NCBI GenBank assembly: GCA_041910055.1
Contig: JAYRRP010000004.1
Coordinates: 2,678-66,677, forward strand
Direction: 5' to 3'
Origin: Candidatus Saccharimonadales bacterium
GTDB taxonomy: Bacteria; Patescibacteriota; Saccharimonadia; Saccharimonadales; JAYRRP01
Length of the DNA stretch: 64,000 nucleotides
In this document: positions 27,950 to 37,128 of the stretch, piece after piece
Numbering within the stretch: the first letter of the stretch is position 1
Layout of the letters: the number at the start of each line of letters is the position of its first letter
The notes under the pieces: generated by a model
What the model was told of the DNA's origin: nothing
Seen by the model: only the letters and a program-made list of their open reading frames with translations
Database searches by the model: none
Made by a program: the position numbers and the translations under genes

Positions 27950-29206
27950 ATGTCACACGTACTGTCTGACCTTTTGGGAGCAAAAGAGCCGACCTTTACA
28001 TTTGCGTTGGAACGTTTGGAATCGCTGAGCGGCCATCCGAATGTAGATGTGAGGCTGGTGACAGATGTCGAACGGGTCGCAAAAGAAAAATTTCGCCAGT
28101 TAGGACTTGATCCGCAGGATACCACCGAACAGGAGCTTTATCATGCCTTGCAGGCTTTAACTCATAAGCATGATACATTCCTAGCCCAGGCACTAGGCGG
28201 AAAGAAACCTCTTAAGACTAATGATCTCTTGATAAAAATCAAAGATAAGGTAGAGACTTTGCCATTACCAAGAAGGGTGTGGGTAATCAAGCACGCTGTA
28301 GCGAAACGCTTGCTAAAAACCCATGCCCCCCGTCGTGTTATGCGCCTGCTCGGCTACAAATCAGTCGATTCTATGTTGAAGCGGGAAAATATTGAAGGAT
28401 TATTTGCCGCCAGTCGGTTTGCCGAGTCATCCCAGTGGTTTGCCCGTCTCAGCCATGAGTATAAATATTTACAACCAAGGGACTTTGAGCTACGGGACGT
28501 GGTGAGCGTTGACTTCTTAGATGCCCGCTGGCAAGGACAGGTGCAGGGGTATGTGAGCCATTCGCGGCAGAACATTATACTTGTGCCCGAGATGGGAGTA
28601 GTAGGGCTTTTACCCTTACCACATAAAGAAACTAGAGGCCTTTGCATCACTTTATTGCCGCTTCTTATACAAAGTATTCACGAAATGCGTTGCTACAGTG
28701 CCTTTTTTAAATTACAACAGGTAAAGCCTGGCTTTGGTGAGAGGATTGCCGAGACACTCAGAGGTGATGAAGCTCCTGCGGCTACTATGGCAAGTCAACC
28801 GGTGCCGTGGCGCGTACTGCACCATTACTTTGGGCGCAACCAATCCCGTGAATTTCCAGAGGTATTTGATCCGCATCTGCAGCTGGAGGATTTAGCCTGG
28901 CGCCGGGCAGAGGAGGTACTCTTTACCATTGAGCCAGCCCTCAAATTTTGGGAAGGAACCGGGCATATTGGTTGGTCGAAGCATGGCCAGCCTGTTTCAC
29001 TAAACCTTCTTGATAATGCCGTGAATTATTGCAATAACTTGCCATTTGAAAAACGGACACTACTGCATTTTCGTAGCGGATTATGGCACGAATTATTGGA
29101 GAGGTATTTGGATCAGGAAATTTTTACCACGCATGTGTTACGCCAGTTGGATGAGGAATTAGTATCTTCCGATGAACCCTTGGCTCTCGCGAGAGAGGGA
29201 CTATAA
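27950..29206 (+). CDS. Hypothetical protein, 418 aa, no recognisable domain
   Basis: Long uninterrupted ORF with its own extended -10 (TGgTAATCT, 27931-27939). The stop lies 2 nt before the next start. Confidence 0.75.
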   Translation: MSHVLSDLLGAKEPTFTFALERLESLSGHPNVDVRLVTDVERVAKEKFRQLGLDPQDTTEQELYHALQALTHKHDTFLAQALGGKKPLKTNDLLIKIKDKVETLPLPRRVWVIKHAVAKRLLKTHAPRRVMRLLGYKSVDSMLKRENIEGLFAASRFAESSQWFARLSHEYKYLQPRDFELRDVVSVDFLDARWQGQVQGYVSHSRQNIILVPEMGVVGLLPLPHKETRGLCITLLPLLIQSIHEMRCYSAFFKLQQVKPGFGERIAETLRGDEAPAATMASQPVPWRVLHHYFGRNQSREFPEVFDPHLQLEDLAWRRAEEVLFTIEPALKFWEGTGHIGWSKHGQPVSLNLLDNAVNYCNNLPFEKRTLLHFRSGLWHELLERYLDQEIFTTHVLRQLDEELVSSDEPLALAREGL

Positions 29207-29208
29207 CT

Positions 29209-29772
29209 ATGTACCAGATATGTATTTCAGGTGCGTCTAAAGGGCATAGTGCCGAAGAAGGAAAAAAACTAGCCGAAACCGCAGGCATCGCTTTAGCGAA
29301 AGCGGGCCACTCATTAATGACAGGGGCGACAGTTGGAATTCCTTACTATGCGGCGAGAGCCTACAAAAAGGCTGGTGGAAAGATGAGTTTTGGTATTAGC
29401 CCCGCCAGCAGCAAGGTCGAACACGTGGTCAAATATCGTTTGCCGACCAAACCATTTGATGTGCTGCTCTACAGCGGACTGCATTATGTTGGGCGTGACG
29501 CATTATTAATTAATTCATCGGATGCGGTGATAAGTATCGGGGGACGTCTCGGTACCTTGCACGAATTTACCATTGCCATGGAAACCGATACACCCATTTG
29601 TTTCTTGGAGGGCGGCGGTGGAATCAGCAGTGAAATTACTGATATCTTAAAGGCGGCCGATAGAGGAAAAGGTGACGCAGTCTTATTTGGGTCGGACGTA
29701 GACAAACTTTTATCGGAACTAGTAGCTCAACTTGATAAACGCCACGAAAACCACCTGGATTTATACCGTTAG
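29209..29772 (+). CDS. LOG/TIGR00725-like Rossmann protein (SLOG superfamily; putative nucleotide phosphoribohydrolase or nucleotide-binding protein)
   Basis: ICISGASKG...LMTGATVG...ISIGGRLGTLHEF matches the LOG-type GGxGTxxE motif and the overall ~185-aa layout. Confidence 0.6.
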   Translation: MYQICISGASKGHSAEEGKKLAETAGIALAKAGHSLMTGATVGIPYYAARAYKKAGGKMSFGISPASSKVEHVVKYRLPTKPFDVLLYSGLHYVGRDALLINSSDAVISIGGRLGTLHEFTIAMETDTPICFLEGGGGISSEITDILKAADRGKGDAVLFGSDVDKLLSELVAQLDKRHENHLDLYR

Positions 29773-29813
29773 CATTGTTATTATATGGGACTATATATAG
29801 GAAATAAAATTAA

Positions 29814-30398
29814 ATGAAAACAAAAATGAAAGAATACGGATTTGCGCTTTGGGAACTGCTTATTATTATTGTAGTTCTCGCAGTGGTAGGTGGCATTGGT
29901 GCATATGTGTGGACTAAAAAGAGCGAGCAAAAAACCACCACGACCAGTTCAAATACTGATACCTCGCAGTCAGGTGTAAAGGAGTCCAGCAAAACCACGC
30001 CTTATTTCACTATTAAAGAGTGGGGTGTCAGAATGCCGCAAACTGATGTGGGAGATTTTATGTATGAGATGAGTTCTGACGGTAAAAGCGCAGAACTAAA
30101 ATCTAAAAAACTGCAATCTCTGGGTCATGGTTGTCAGGAAGGTTTTATTGGACGAATCTACCGGCTTTTGCCGACCGACTTAGTTCCTAGTGAAGGACCT
30201 CATGATATTACCGTGGAACAGGTGATAAAAGAGACTCCGGATATACCACACATTGGTGGATTTTATTATTTTGTTGTTTCTCCTCAACAGACCTGTGCTA
30301 TTGAAAATTCAGATATTGTGCGTGATGTAGCAAATGTACAAGAACAAAAATATAATGAAGTACAAGATGCGATAAAAAAAATAGAAGCAGCGAAGTAG
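29814..30398 (+). CDS. Type IV pilin-like protein (prepilin-type N-terminus)
   Basis: MKTKMKEYG|FALWELLIIIVVLAVVGG has a short basic leader, G-F cleavage context, Glu at +5 and a hydrophobic helix. T/S-rich linker. Two Cys in the C-terminal half. Confidence 0.75.
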   Translation: MKTKMKEYGFALWELLIIIVVLAVVGGIGAYVWTKKSEQKTTTTSSNTDTSQSGVKESSKTTPYFTIKEWGVRMPQTDVGDFMYEMSSDGKSAELKSKKLQSLGHGCQEGFIGRIYRLLPTDLVPSEGPHDITVEQVIKETPDIPHIGGFYYFVVSPQQTCAIENSDIVRDVANVQEQKYNEVQDAIKKIEAAK

Positions 30399-30450
30399 GC
30401 AAAATAAAAACTTTCAGAGTGTAAATTAGCTTGTGCGCTACACTAGATAG

Positions 30451-32415
30451 GTGAGTAAATTTCAGCTGCATTCAGAGTTTCAGCCGACTGGGGATCAGCC
30501 TCAGGCGATTGATGAATTGACGAAAGGCTTACGTGGGAATACCAAAGAGCAGGTGCTACTGGGTGTAACCGGTTCTGGCAAGACATTCACGATGGCTAAC
30601 ATCATCCAGAATGTCCAACGGCCCACCTTGGTACTTAGTCACAATAAAACTCTGGCGGCCCAGCTTTACAGTGAATTTAAACGGTTTTTCCCGGGTAATG
30701 CTGTGCATTATTTCGTGAGCTATTTTGATTATTATCAACCTGAAGCATACATTCCCCGTAGTGACACTTATATAGAAAAAGATAGCCAGATCAATGAAGA
30801 AATTGATCGTTTACGCCATGCGGCGACTGATGCGCTCTTGTCGCGTCGTGATGTCATTATCGTGGCCAGCGTGAGTTGTATCTATGGTATTGGTTCGGTT
30901 GAAGATTATGGTAATTTGGCTGTGAAAATTAAACGTGGTGAACGGCGCGTGCGGGATAAATTATTGCGGCAGCTCACTGACATACAGTATCAGAGAAACG
31001 ATATTGACTTCCATCGCAGCACGTTTCGGGTGCGCGGAGACGTGGTAGATATATTTCCAGCTGGCGAAGAGATGGCCTACCGTACAGAATTTTTTGGTGA
31101 TGAAGTAGAGCGTATTACCAAAATCGACCCACTCACAGGCGAGATACTGACTGAACTGCCTGAGCTGAAAGTTTTCCCAGGCAGCCACTATGTAACTCCT
31201 CGCGATAAGCTGAAGTTCGCGCTCGGTAAAATTGAACAAGAACTGCAAGAACGTCTCACCTGGTTTAAACAAAATGGACAACTATTGGAAGCCCAGCGGC
31301 TGGAACAGCGAACCAAGTTTGACCTGGAAATGCTCGAAGAAACTGGTTTTGTAAAAGGTATCGAAAACTATAGCCGATATTTGACTCAACGTGAACCTGG
31401 TGAACAACCGGCCACACTTCTTGATTATTATCCTGATGATTTCTTAATGTTCATTGACGAATCGCACATGACAATCCCTCAAGTTCGAGGCATGTACAAT
31501 GGTGATCGTGCCCGCAAGGAGGTGCTAGTAGAACATGGGTTCCGGCTGCCGAGTGCGCTGGATAATCGCCCACTGACATTCACTGAATTTGAGCGTCACA
31601 TTAACCAGACTATTTACGTGAGCGCCACACCGGCTGAATTCGAACTGAGCCGTAGTCCAAAACCTGCTCAGCAAGTAATCAGGCCGACAGGATTACTGGA
31701 TCCTGTTATAGAGGTGAGGCCAACCGAAGGCCAAATTGATGATTTGATTGACGAAATTCGTCAGACAGTTGAGAAAAGTCAACGGGTACTGGTGACCACT
31801 TTAACAAAACGCATGGCTGAAGATTTAACTGAATATTTGCAAGAAATCAAAATTAAAGTTACTTACCTGCACAGTGATGTGGATACACTCGATCGTACCG
31901 ATATTCTGCGTGATTTACGTCTAGGCGTGTATGACGTACTGGTCGGTATTAATCTATTGCGTGAAGGACTGGATTTGCCAGAGGTGAGCTTGGTGACTAT
32001 CCTTGATGCGGATAAGGAAGGCTTTTTGCGTAGCGAACAAGCGCTCATCCAAATTGTCGGGCGGGCAGCTCGCCATGTGGAAGGACGGGTGTTGATGTAT
32101 GCAGACAACATGACAGGTAGTATGCGGCGCACTATTGATGAGACAAACCGCCGCCGCCTTATTCAGCAGAAGTATAACCAAGACCATCATATTACCCCTA
32201 AAGGTATCGCTAAAGAGATAGAGAAAGGATTGAGACCAGATTTGCCAGAAGAGGCAAAGAAGGCCAAGCTAGACCTGAAGAAGATACCGAAGGACGAGTA
32301 TGGGCACCTTATAAAAGACCTGACTGCCCAGATGGATTTGGCGGCTGCCAACCTGGAGTTCGAAAAGGCAGCTGAACTGCGCGATATCATCGCGGATATC
32401 AAGAAAAAATTATAA
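30451..32415 (+). CDS. uvrB: Excinuclease ABC subunit B
   Basis: [19 protein letters not shown] aligns with E. coli UvrB [20 protein letters not shown]. Walker [12 protein letters not shown]-terminal UVR motif. GTG start. Confidence 0.95.
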   Translation: MSKFQLHSEFQPTGDQPQAIDELTKGLRGNTKEQVLLGVTGSGKTFTMANIIQNVQRPTLVLSHNKTLAAQLYSEFKRFFPGNAVHYFVSYFDYYQPEAYIPRSDTYIEKDSQINEEIDRLRHAATDALLSRRDVIIVASVSCIYGIGSVEDYGNLAVKIKRGERRVRDKLLRQLTDIQYQRNDIDFHRSTFRVRGDVVDIFPAGEEMAYRTEFFGDEVERITKIDPLTGEILTELPELKVFPGSHYVTPRDKLKFALGKIEQELQERLTWFKQNGQLLEAQRLEQRTKFDLEMLEETGFVKGIENYSRYLTQREPGEQPATLLDYYPDDFLMFIDESHMTIPQVRGMYNGDRARKEVLVEHGFRLPSALDNRPLTFTEFERHINQTIYVSATPAEFELSRSPKPAQQVIRPTGLLDPVIEVRPTEGQIDDLIDEIRQTVEKSQRVLVTTLTKRMAEDLTEYLQEIKIKVTYLHSDVDTLDRTDILRDLRLGVYDVLVGINLLREGLDLPEVSLVTILDADKEGFLRSEQALIQIVGRAARHVEGRVLMYADNMTGSMRRTIDETNRRRLIQQKYNQDHHITPKGIAKEIEKGLRPDLPEEAKKAKLDLKKIPKDEYGHLIKDLTAQMDLAAANLEFEKAAELRDIIADIKKKL

Positions 32416-32443
32416 CGCTCCATCTGCGATGGTGCTTATGCTA

Positions 32444-32470
32444 TACTCCTCTTAAAAGAGGAGTATTTCT
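32444..32470 (+). terminator. Intrinsic terminator after uvrB
   Basis: TACTCCTC-ttaaaa-GAGGAGTA perfect 8-bp stem followed by TTTCT. The 3' arm is also the SD of the next gene. Confidence 0.55.
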
Positions 32471-33757
32471 GTGAACGATTCCAAAAAACCAGACGATGAC
32501 CTGATGGTTGAGTCGGGGATTGATGAACAAAACAGCAAAACATCTCTACGGGTAACAGATAGTGGTACTCCTTCGCCAGAGCTTAAACCAACTTCAACTG
32601 CTCGGGCAGAGGAAGCGGTGCTCACAGAGGCTGACAAACACAGGGATAACTCTGTAAAGTCAGTAAAACCCAGCTGGCGCAATCGGTGGACGAATCCTTT
32701 TAACCGGCTGCCACAAGTTTACTTGGTAGATTACACGGCTTTTCTGCTTTTATCAGGAAGCATTCTTGTACTCACTAATTATTTTTGGCGCGGTATTATA
32801 GACGCATTTGGCAAGCAGTCAGGGCAAAGCTTGTTTGGCGCTCAGTTTTCATACAATAGTGCAGTGGAAGCGGTGGCAGCCACGCTTGTACTTATTCCTT
32901 TTCTTCTTTGGTTTTTGGGGAGGATAAGCTTTGTTGAGACTAATACGCCAGCAGTCAAGGACCACCGAATAAGAAAATGGTTGCTCGGTGTTTTTTTGAT
33001 TTTGGTCATTACCAGCGCGATAATAGCGGTGGTAAACTTAATGCAAAGTATCTTTGGGACGATTGCGAACCTTGGCTTATCTACAGAAGACAAAAACCCG
33101 CAACTTATAAAATCAGTTTTGAAGGACTTGTTTGCATTTGGAATTTTTACGGTAACCGCTATCATTTATGCACGTGATTTTCGTTACCATGAAACGCATG
33201 ACCATCACCAGCTTGCTAACCATAAACGCCTCTTAAGTTTCTTCTTAGCGATTATTGCCACTGGAGTACTTATCGGTTACGTAAGTTTTCCTCTGATGAA
33301 ACAACGCGCTAGCTTTATTGACAGTGTAATCACGAAAGACTTACAGAGTATCGCCGACAAAATATACTCGACGGCACCCACACGATACTCCAAAACTTTA
33401 ACACTCAAAGATTTGCAGCTGAATGATCAAGTGAAACAGAGGATAGAAAAATATAACTATACGCTTGAGCATAAGAAACAAAGTACATATACATACTACT
33501 ACGAACTGTGTGCTGATTTTAAGACTGATACAAAAACTGATGCTGATAAGCAAAAACCTGCGATTCCTGAGCTACTGAATAATGGCATATCGTCTGACAG
33601 GCCAACAAATACCGGCTCCTCTTATCGGCAAAATGAGGATGACTTCTCTATTCATAGCAAGGGGCGTAGTTGCTTCAAATTGTATGATGGCCAGTCTGGC
33701 TACGACGATTACACCAGGCCGAACGCAGACAACAACCCTGAAGTAATTGTAAACTAG
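32471..33757 (+). CDS. Hypothetical polytopic membrane protein with a disordered N-terminus and a soluble C-terminal domain
   Basis: GTG start 6 nt after the SD GAGGAG. ~95 aa polar N-terminus, ~6 TM helices, ~150 aa C-terminal domain. Confidence 0.65.
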   Translation: MNDSKKPDDDLMVESGIDEQNSKTSLRVTDSGTPSPELKPTSTARAEEAVLTEADKHRDNSVKSVKPSWRNRWTNPFNRLPQVYLVDYTAFLLLSGSILVLTNYFWRGIIDAFGKQSGQSLFGAQFSYNSAVEAVAATLVLIPFLLWFLGRISFVETNTPAVKDHRIRKWLLGVFLILVITSAIIAVVNLMQSIFGTIANLGLSTEDKNPQLIKSVLKDLFAFGIFTVTAIIYARDFRYHETHDHHQLANHKRLLSFFLAIIATGVLIGYVSFPLMKQRASFIDSVITKDLQSIADKIYSTAPTRYSKTLTLKDLQLNDQVKQRIEKYNYTLEHKKQSTYTYYYELCADFKTDTKTDADKQKPAIPELLNNGISSDRPTNTGSSYRQNEDDFSIHSKGRSCFKLYDGQSGYDDYTRPNADNNPEVIVN

Positions 33758-33780
33758 TAATTAGAGCGAGAGTAAGGCAG

Positions 33781-34872
33781 TCAAGAAGATAACGGAGGGG
33801 GTTCGTCGCCATCGTCCAGATGAACTTCATGGAAATCCAATTGTTGGGGATCGTAGGTACCATGATTATTAATTTGAGAGGCTAAGTGAACTAAGCGGTT
33901 TTCTATATAGGCTAAAGTGGTAGGGTGGCCAATGGTGAGATGACTGCCATCAATAGTCTTAATCCGGACATTTGCATGGTTATGAAAAATTTCTTTCCAC
34001 TTATGGGGCATGCTCGCAAAATCGTCATGGAAAGTGGTGATATGCATTTGCTGCTCAAGTGGGATATGGTGGGCAAGCGCACCAGCCTCACCACTAAATA
34101 AGCCTTTGCCGATCGCAATATTATAAGCAATGGCTTGTGGGTGAGGGTCTACGGTGGCCGGATAGTAAACTAAAGGATTTAGCGCAATCCGACCGGCTAA
34201 TTTGGCAATCTCTACTGGCTCATGGATCACCTGTTCCATAAGGCGGCGCCCATGATGACTCTGGAGATGCACAGGGAAACATGGGGCAGTGAGATCTGCA
34301 TAGACGATCGTTCGCTCATGGGCCGCAGCTTGGGCAAGAACCCCTTGTCCTACCATTGCGCCTCGGGATTCTCCCAAAAGTAAGGCGTGAGAACTGGCTA
34401 CCCTATAAGCAGCACTAGGTAGTGTGTCGGGTACAACGTCGAGTACATTATGCATATTATGTGCACTGTAACCAAGATCTATATCTTTTAGTCGGGAAAC
34501 ATGTTGAAGTGGATTAAAGAGTTTTTGTTCTCGGTGGCCTCCTTCCGGACCAATCAGCACTACTGGGAAACCGAGCCGCATCAAGTGTTGCGCAGTATGT
34601 CGATTATGGCCGCGTGTACTGGTAAACCAGGCAGTTGTCATAGCTATCGGTGCTTCAATGATTGGCCGGTCTGGTAGGGCAGTGACGACTTGATACTGCT
34701 GCCCATCACTCATGGTGGCTACGTCACTATAAATTGCGCCGTGATGCTGATCCCGCTGCTCAGCATTACGTCGATAATCTAAGACGTATGTTGAGTATTC
34801 TTTTAGTGAATCGAGCACTGCCTCATTCGACGGTGGGACTGGAACTGCTTGTTCAGTGTGTACAGTTTCCAT
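33781..34872 (-). CDS. Hypothetical His-rich protein, possible alpha/beta-hydrolase
   Basis: GESRG (GxSxG-like nucleophile elbow) in LLLGESRGAMVG. Otherwise unrecognised. Confidence 0.5.
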   Translation of the reverse strand: METVHTEQAVPVPPSNEAVLDSLKEYSTYVLDYRRNAEQRDQHHGAIYSDVATMSDGQQYQVVTALPDRPIIEAPIAMTTAWFTSTRGHNRHTAQHLMRLGFPVVLIGPEGGHREQKLFNPLQHVSRLKDIDLGYSAHNMHNVLDVVPDTLPSAAYRVASSHALLLGESRGAMVGQGVLAQAAAHERTIVYADLTAPCFPVHLQSHHGRRLMEQVIHEPVEIAKLAGRIALNPLVYYPATVDPHPQAIAYNIAIGKGLFSGEAGALAHHIPLEQQMHITTFHDDFASMPHKWKEIFHNHANVRIKTIDGSHLTIGHPTTLAYIENRLVHLASQINNHGTYDPQQLDFHEVHLDDGDEPPPLSS

Positions 34873-34993
34873 ATGGCAATAAACCTATTTCTTATTGTTC
34901 ATAGTAATCGCCGCAAAGCAGTTTGTAAAGTGAATCAGAGGTACCTTACTGGCTGGATATTGGTCAACTAATCTTCTATACTAAAAAGCACCT

Positions 34994-35284
34994 ATGGCAA
35001 AGCTTACACGTGGAGATGTCTTGAAATTGGCCAGACTTTCGAAATTGCAGCTATCTGACGAAGAGATAGAAGCGTTTAGGAGTGACTTATCGAAAATTCT
35101 AGAGTATGTTGAGCAACTACAGTCAGTCAATGTGGAGGGATTGGAGCCCACTCATCAGGTGACAGGATTAAAAAACGTCATGCGGCCAGACGAGACGATA
35201 GATTATCGAGTAAGCCGTAATGAGTTGCTCAAGAATGTGCCCTCTATGCAAAACGGCCAGATAAAAGTTAGACGAGTGCTATAA
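34994..35284 (+). CDS. gatC: Asp/Glu-tRNA amidotransferase subunit C
   Basis: 96 aa. VLKLARLSKLQLSDEE...YVEQL is typical of GatC, and the gene lies directly upstream of gatA. Confidence 0.9.
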   Translation: MAKLTRGDVLKLARLSKLQLSDEEIEAFRSDLSKILEYVEQLQSVNVEGLEPTHQVTGLKNVMRPDETIDYRVSRNELLKNVPSMQNGQIKVRRVL

Positions 35285-35287
35285 ACA

Positions 35288-36712
35288 ATGGCAAAAGAGT
35301 GGCCTGCTATTCCTGACATTGTGCAACGTGTAGTGTCAAAGCAATCGAGAGCACAGGAAATGGTCGGAATGGCTCTACAGAATTTAGATGAACACGATGA
35401 GTATAAGGCGACCATTGCTACTCTTGCTGAGCGTGCTCAAAAGAAAGCCACAGAACTTGATGCCTTAATTGAACGAGGCGAAACACCCGGGCGGCTGGCT
35501 GGGGTGCCTTTTGTGGCGAAAGATAATTTTTTGACTTTTGGAGCGAAAACCACCGCCGCCAGCAATATGTTAAAAAATTTTGATGCTCCCTATCAGTCGA
35601 CAGCTATTGAGCGACTAGAAGCAGAAGGAGCTATTTGTGTTGCCAAATCAAACCTGGATGCTTTTGCACATGGCTCCAGTACTGAAAATAGTGATTTTTT
35701 TACCACCCATAACCCGCATGATAAATCGCGCGTACCAGGTGGTTCGTCAGGTGGTTCGGCCGCGGCAGTTGCTCTTCGTTGTGTGCCGTTTGCACTAGGT
35801 ACTGACACTGGTGGATCCATCAGACTGCCTGCCGCTTTTTGCGGAGTGGTTGGCTATAAGCCTACTTATGGATTAGTGTCTCGATCGGGTGTGGTGGCAA
35901 TGGCCAGTAGCACTGATGTGATTGGTCCACTGGCAAATTCAGTCCAGGACGCCGCCTATGTTTTAGATGTAATAGCTGGCCGCGACCCTCTAGATGCCAC
36001 TACCATTGAACGTTCGGTTGAGGATATGACCGATTTAGCTGGAACCTTGCGCGGCAAAAAATTCGGTATCATTAAGGAACACGCCGGTGCTCAGTTGCAG
36101 AAAGAAGTAGCGTTGGCCATAGAGCATACAGTTCAGCAGCTGAAAGATGCTGGTGCGGAGATTACAGAGATTAGCTTAGCCTCCTTGCCGCTGGCGCTTG
36201 CTTGCTATTACATCATTTGCCCCGCTGAAGTCAGTAGTAATTTGAGCCGATATGATGGGCAGCGATTTGGCTATCGTTCGCCGGAAGCAAAAAATCTGGA
36301 AACCTCCTACCTTGACTCTCGCTCCTATGGCTTTGGTGCTGAAGCGAAACGACGGATTATGATTGGGACATATGTATTGAGCAGCGGGTATTATGATGCT
36401 TACTATCGCCGAGCTATGCAGGTACGGTCTAAACTAATCCAGGAATTTAATGCGGTGTTTGAGGAAGTGGATTTTTTGGTTGGCCCGACCGCTCCAGTTA
36501 CCGCTTTTCACATAGGTGAACATGCCAAAGATCCACTGGCTATGTATCTCACTGACCTTCTCACGGTTGGAGCTAATCTTGTGGGCAATCCAGCAATTAG
36601 CCTGCCTGTAAATATGTCTGATTCTTTGCCGATTGGTTTACAGATTATGGCACCGGCTCGTCATGATAGGGAACTGCTGGCTGTCGCAAAACAAACGGAG
36701 GAAATTATATGA
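35288..36712 (+). CDS. gatA: Asp/Glu-tRNA amidotransferase subunit A
   Basis: Amidase signature GGSSGGSAAAVA and GTDTGGSIRLPA. Confidence 0.95.
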   Translation: MAKEWPAIPDIVQRVVSKQSRAQEMVGMALQNLDEHDEYKATIATLAERAQKKATELDALIERGETPGRLAGVPFVAKDNFLTFGAKTTAASNMLKNFDAPYQSTAIERLEAEGAICVAKSNLDAFAHGSSTENSDFFTTHNPHDKSRVPGGSSGGSAAAVALRCVPFALGTDTGGSIRLPAAFCGVVGYKPTYGLVSRSGVVAMASSTDVIGPLANSVQDAAYVLDVIAGRDPLDATTIERSVEDMTDLAGTLRGKKFGIIKEHAGAQLQKEVALAIEHTVQQLKDAGAEITEISLASLPLALACYYIICPAEVSSNLSRYDGQRFGYRSPEAKNLETSYLDSRSYGFGAEAKRRIMIGTYVLSSGYYDAYYRRAMQVRSKLIQEFNAVFEEVDFLVGPTAPVTAFHIGEHAKDPLAMYLTDLLTVGANLVGNPAISLPVNMSDSLPIGLQIMAPARHDRELLAVAKQTEEII

Positions 36713-37128
36713 ATAAGAGATATTTACTGATTGGTGTGATCGCTCTGGGGTTGTTGTTGGTAGCTGCATTTATAATGTGGCGGTTCCGTCGTCGTCGACC
36801 AAAACCAGATTACTTTCAAAGACAATGGCGTGAGCTGCAAAAGCTCTGTGCAAGTAAAGACACGTGGCCGCTGGCAGTAGTGAATGCGGACAAGCTATTT
36901 GACGAGGCCTTAAAGAAGTGTCATTGTAAGGGTAAAAGTATGGGCGAGCGGATGGTTTCAGCACAGAGGCAGATATCGGATAATGATGCGGTGTGGTATG
37001 CCCACAACCTGGCAAAAAAGATTCTTGAGGATACACCCCATCGTCTCCGAGAAGCTGAAGTAAAGCGGTCGTTAATTGGGTTTCGCCAAGCCTTGCGTGA
37101 TTTAGGGGCACTCCGTGGCAAATCATAG
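36709..37128 (+). CDS. Hypothetical single-TM protein inserted between gatA and gatB
   Basis: ATGA overlap with gatA and a 14-nt overlap with gatB. N-terminal TM followed by RFRRRRPK and a helical domain. Confidence 0.65.
   Translation: MNKRYLLIGVIALGLLLVAAFIMWRFRRRRPKPDYFQRQWRELQKLCASKDTWPLAVVNADKLFDEALKKCHCKGKSMGERMVSAQRQISDNDAVWYAHNLAKKILEDTPHRLREAEVKRSLIGFRQALRDLGALRGKS

Noticed and set aside
29072-29089. R-x4-H (RSGLWH) near the C-terminus of the 418-aa unknown as a HEPN RNase motif
   Set aside because: The pattern is too short and common, and I can verify no surrounding HEPN helical signature by eye.
30399-30450. LexA/SOS box upstream of uvrB (hairpin AGTGTA...TACACT)
   Set aside because: It does not match the CTGT-N8-ACAG or GAAC-N4-GTTC consensus. 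The right arm is better explained as the -10 box.
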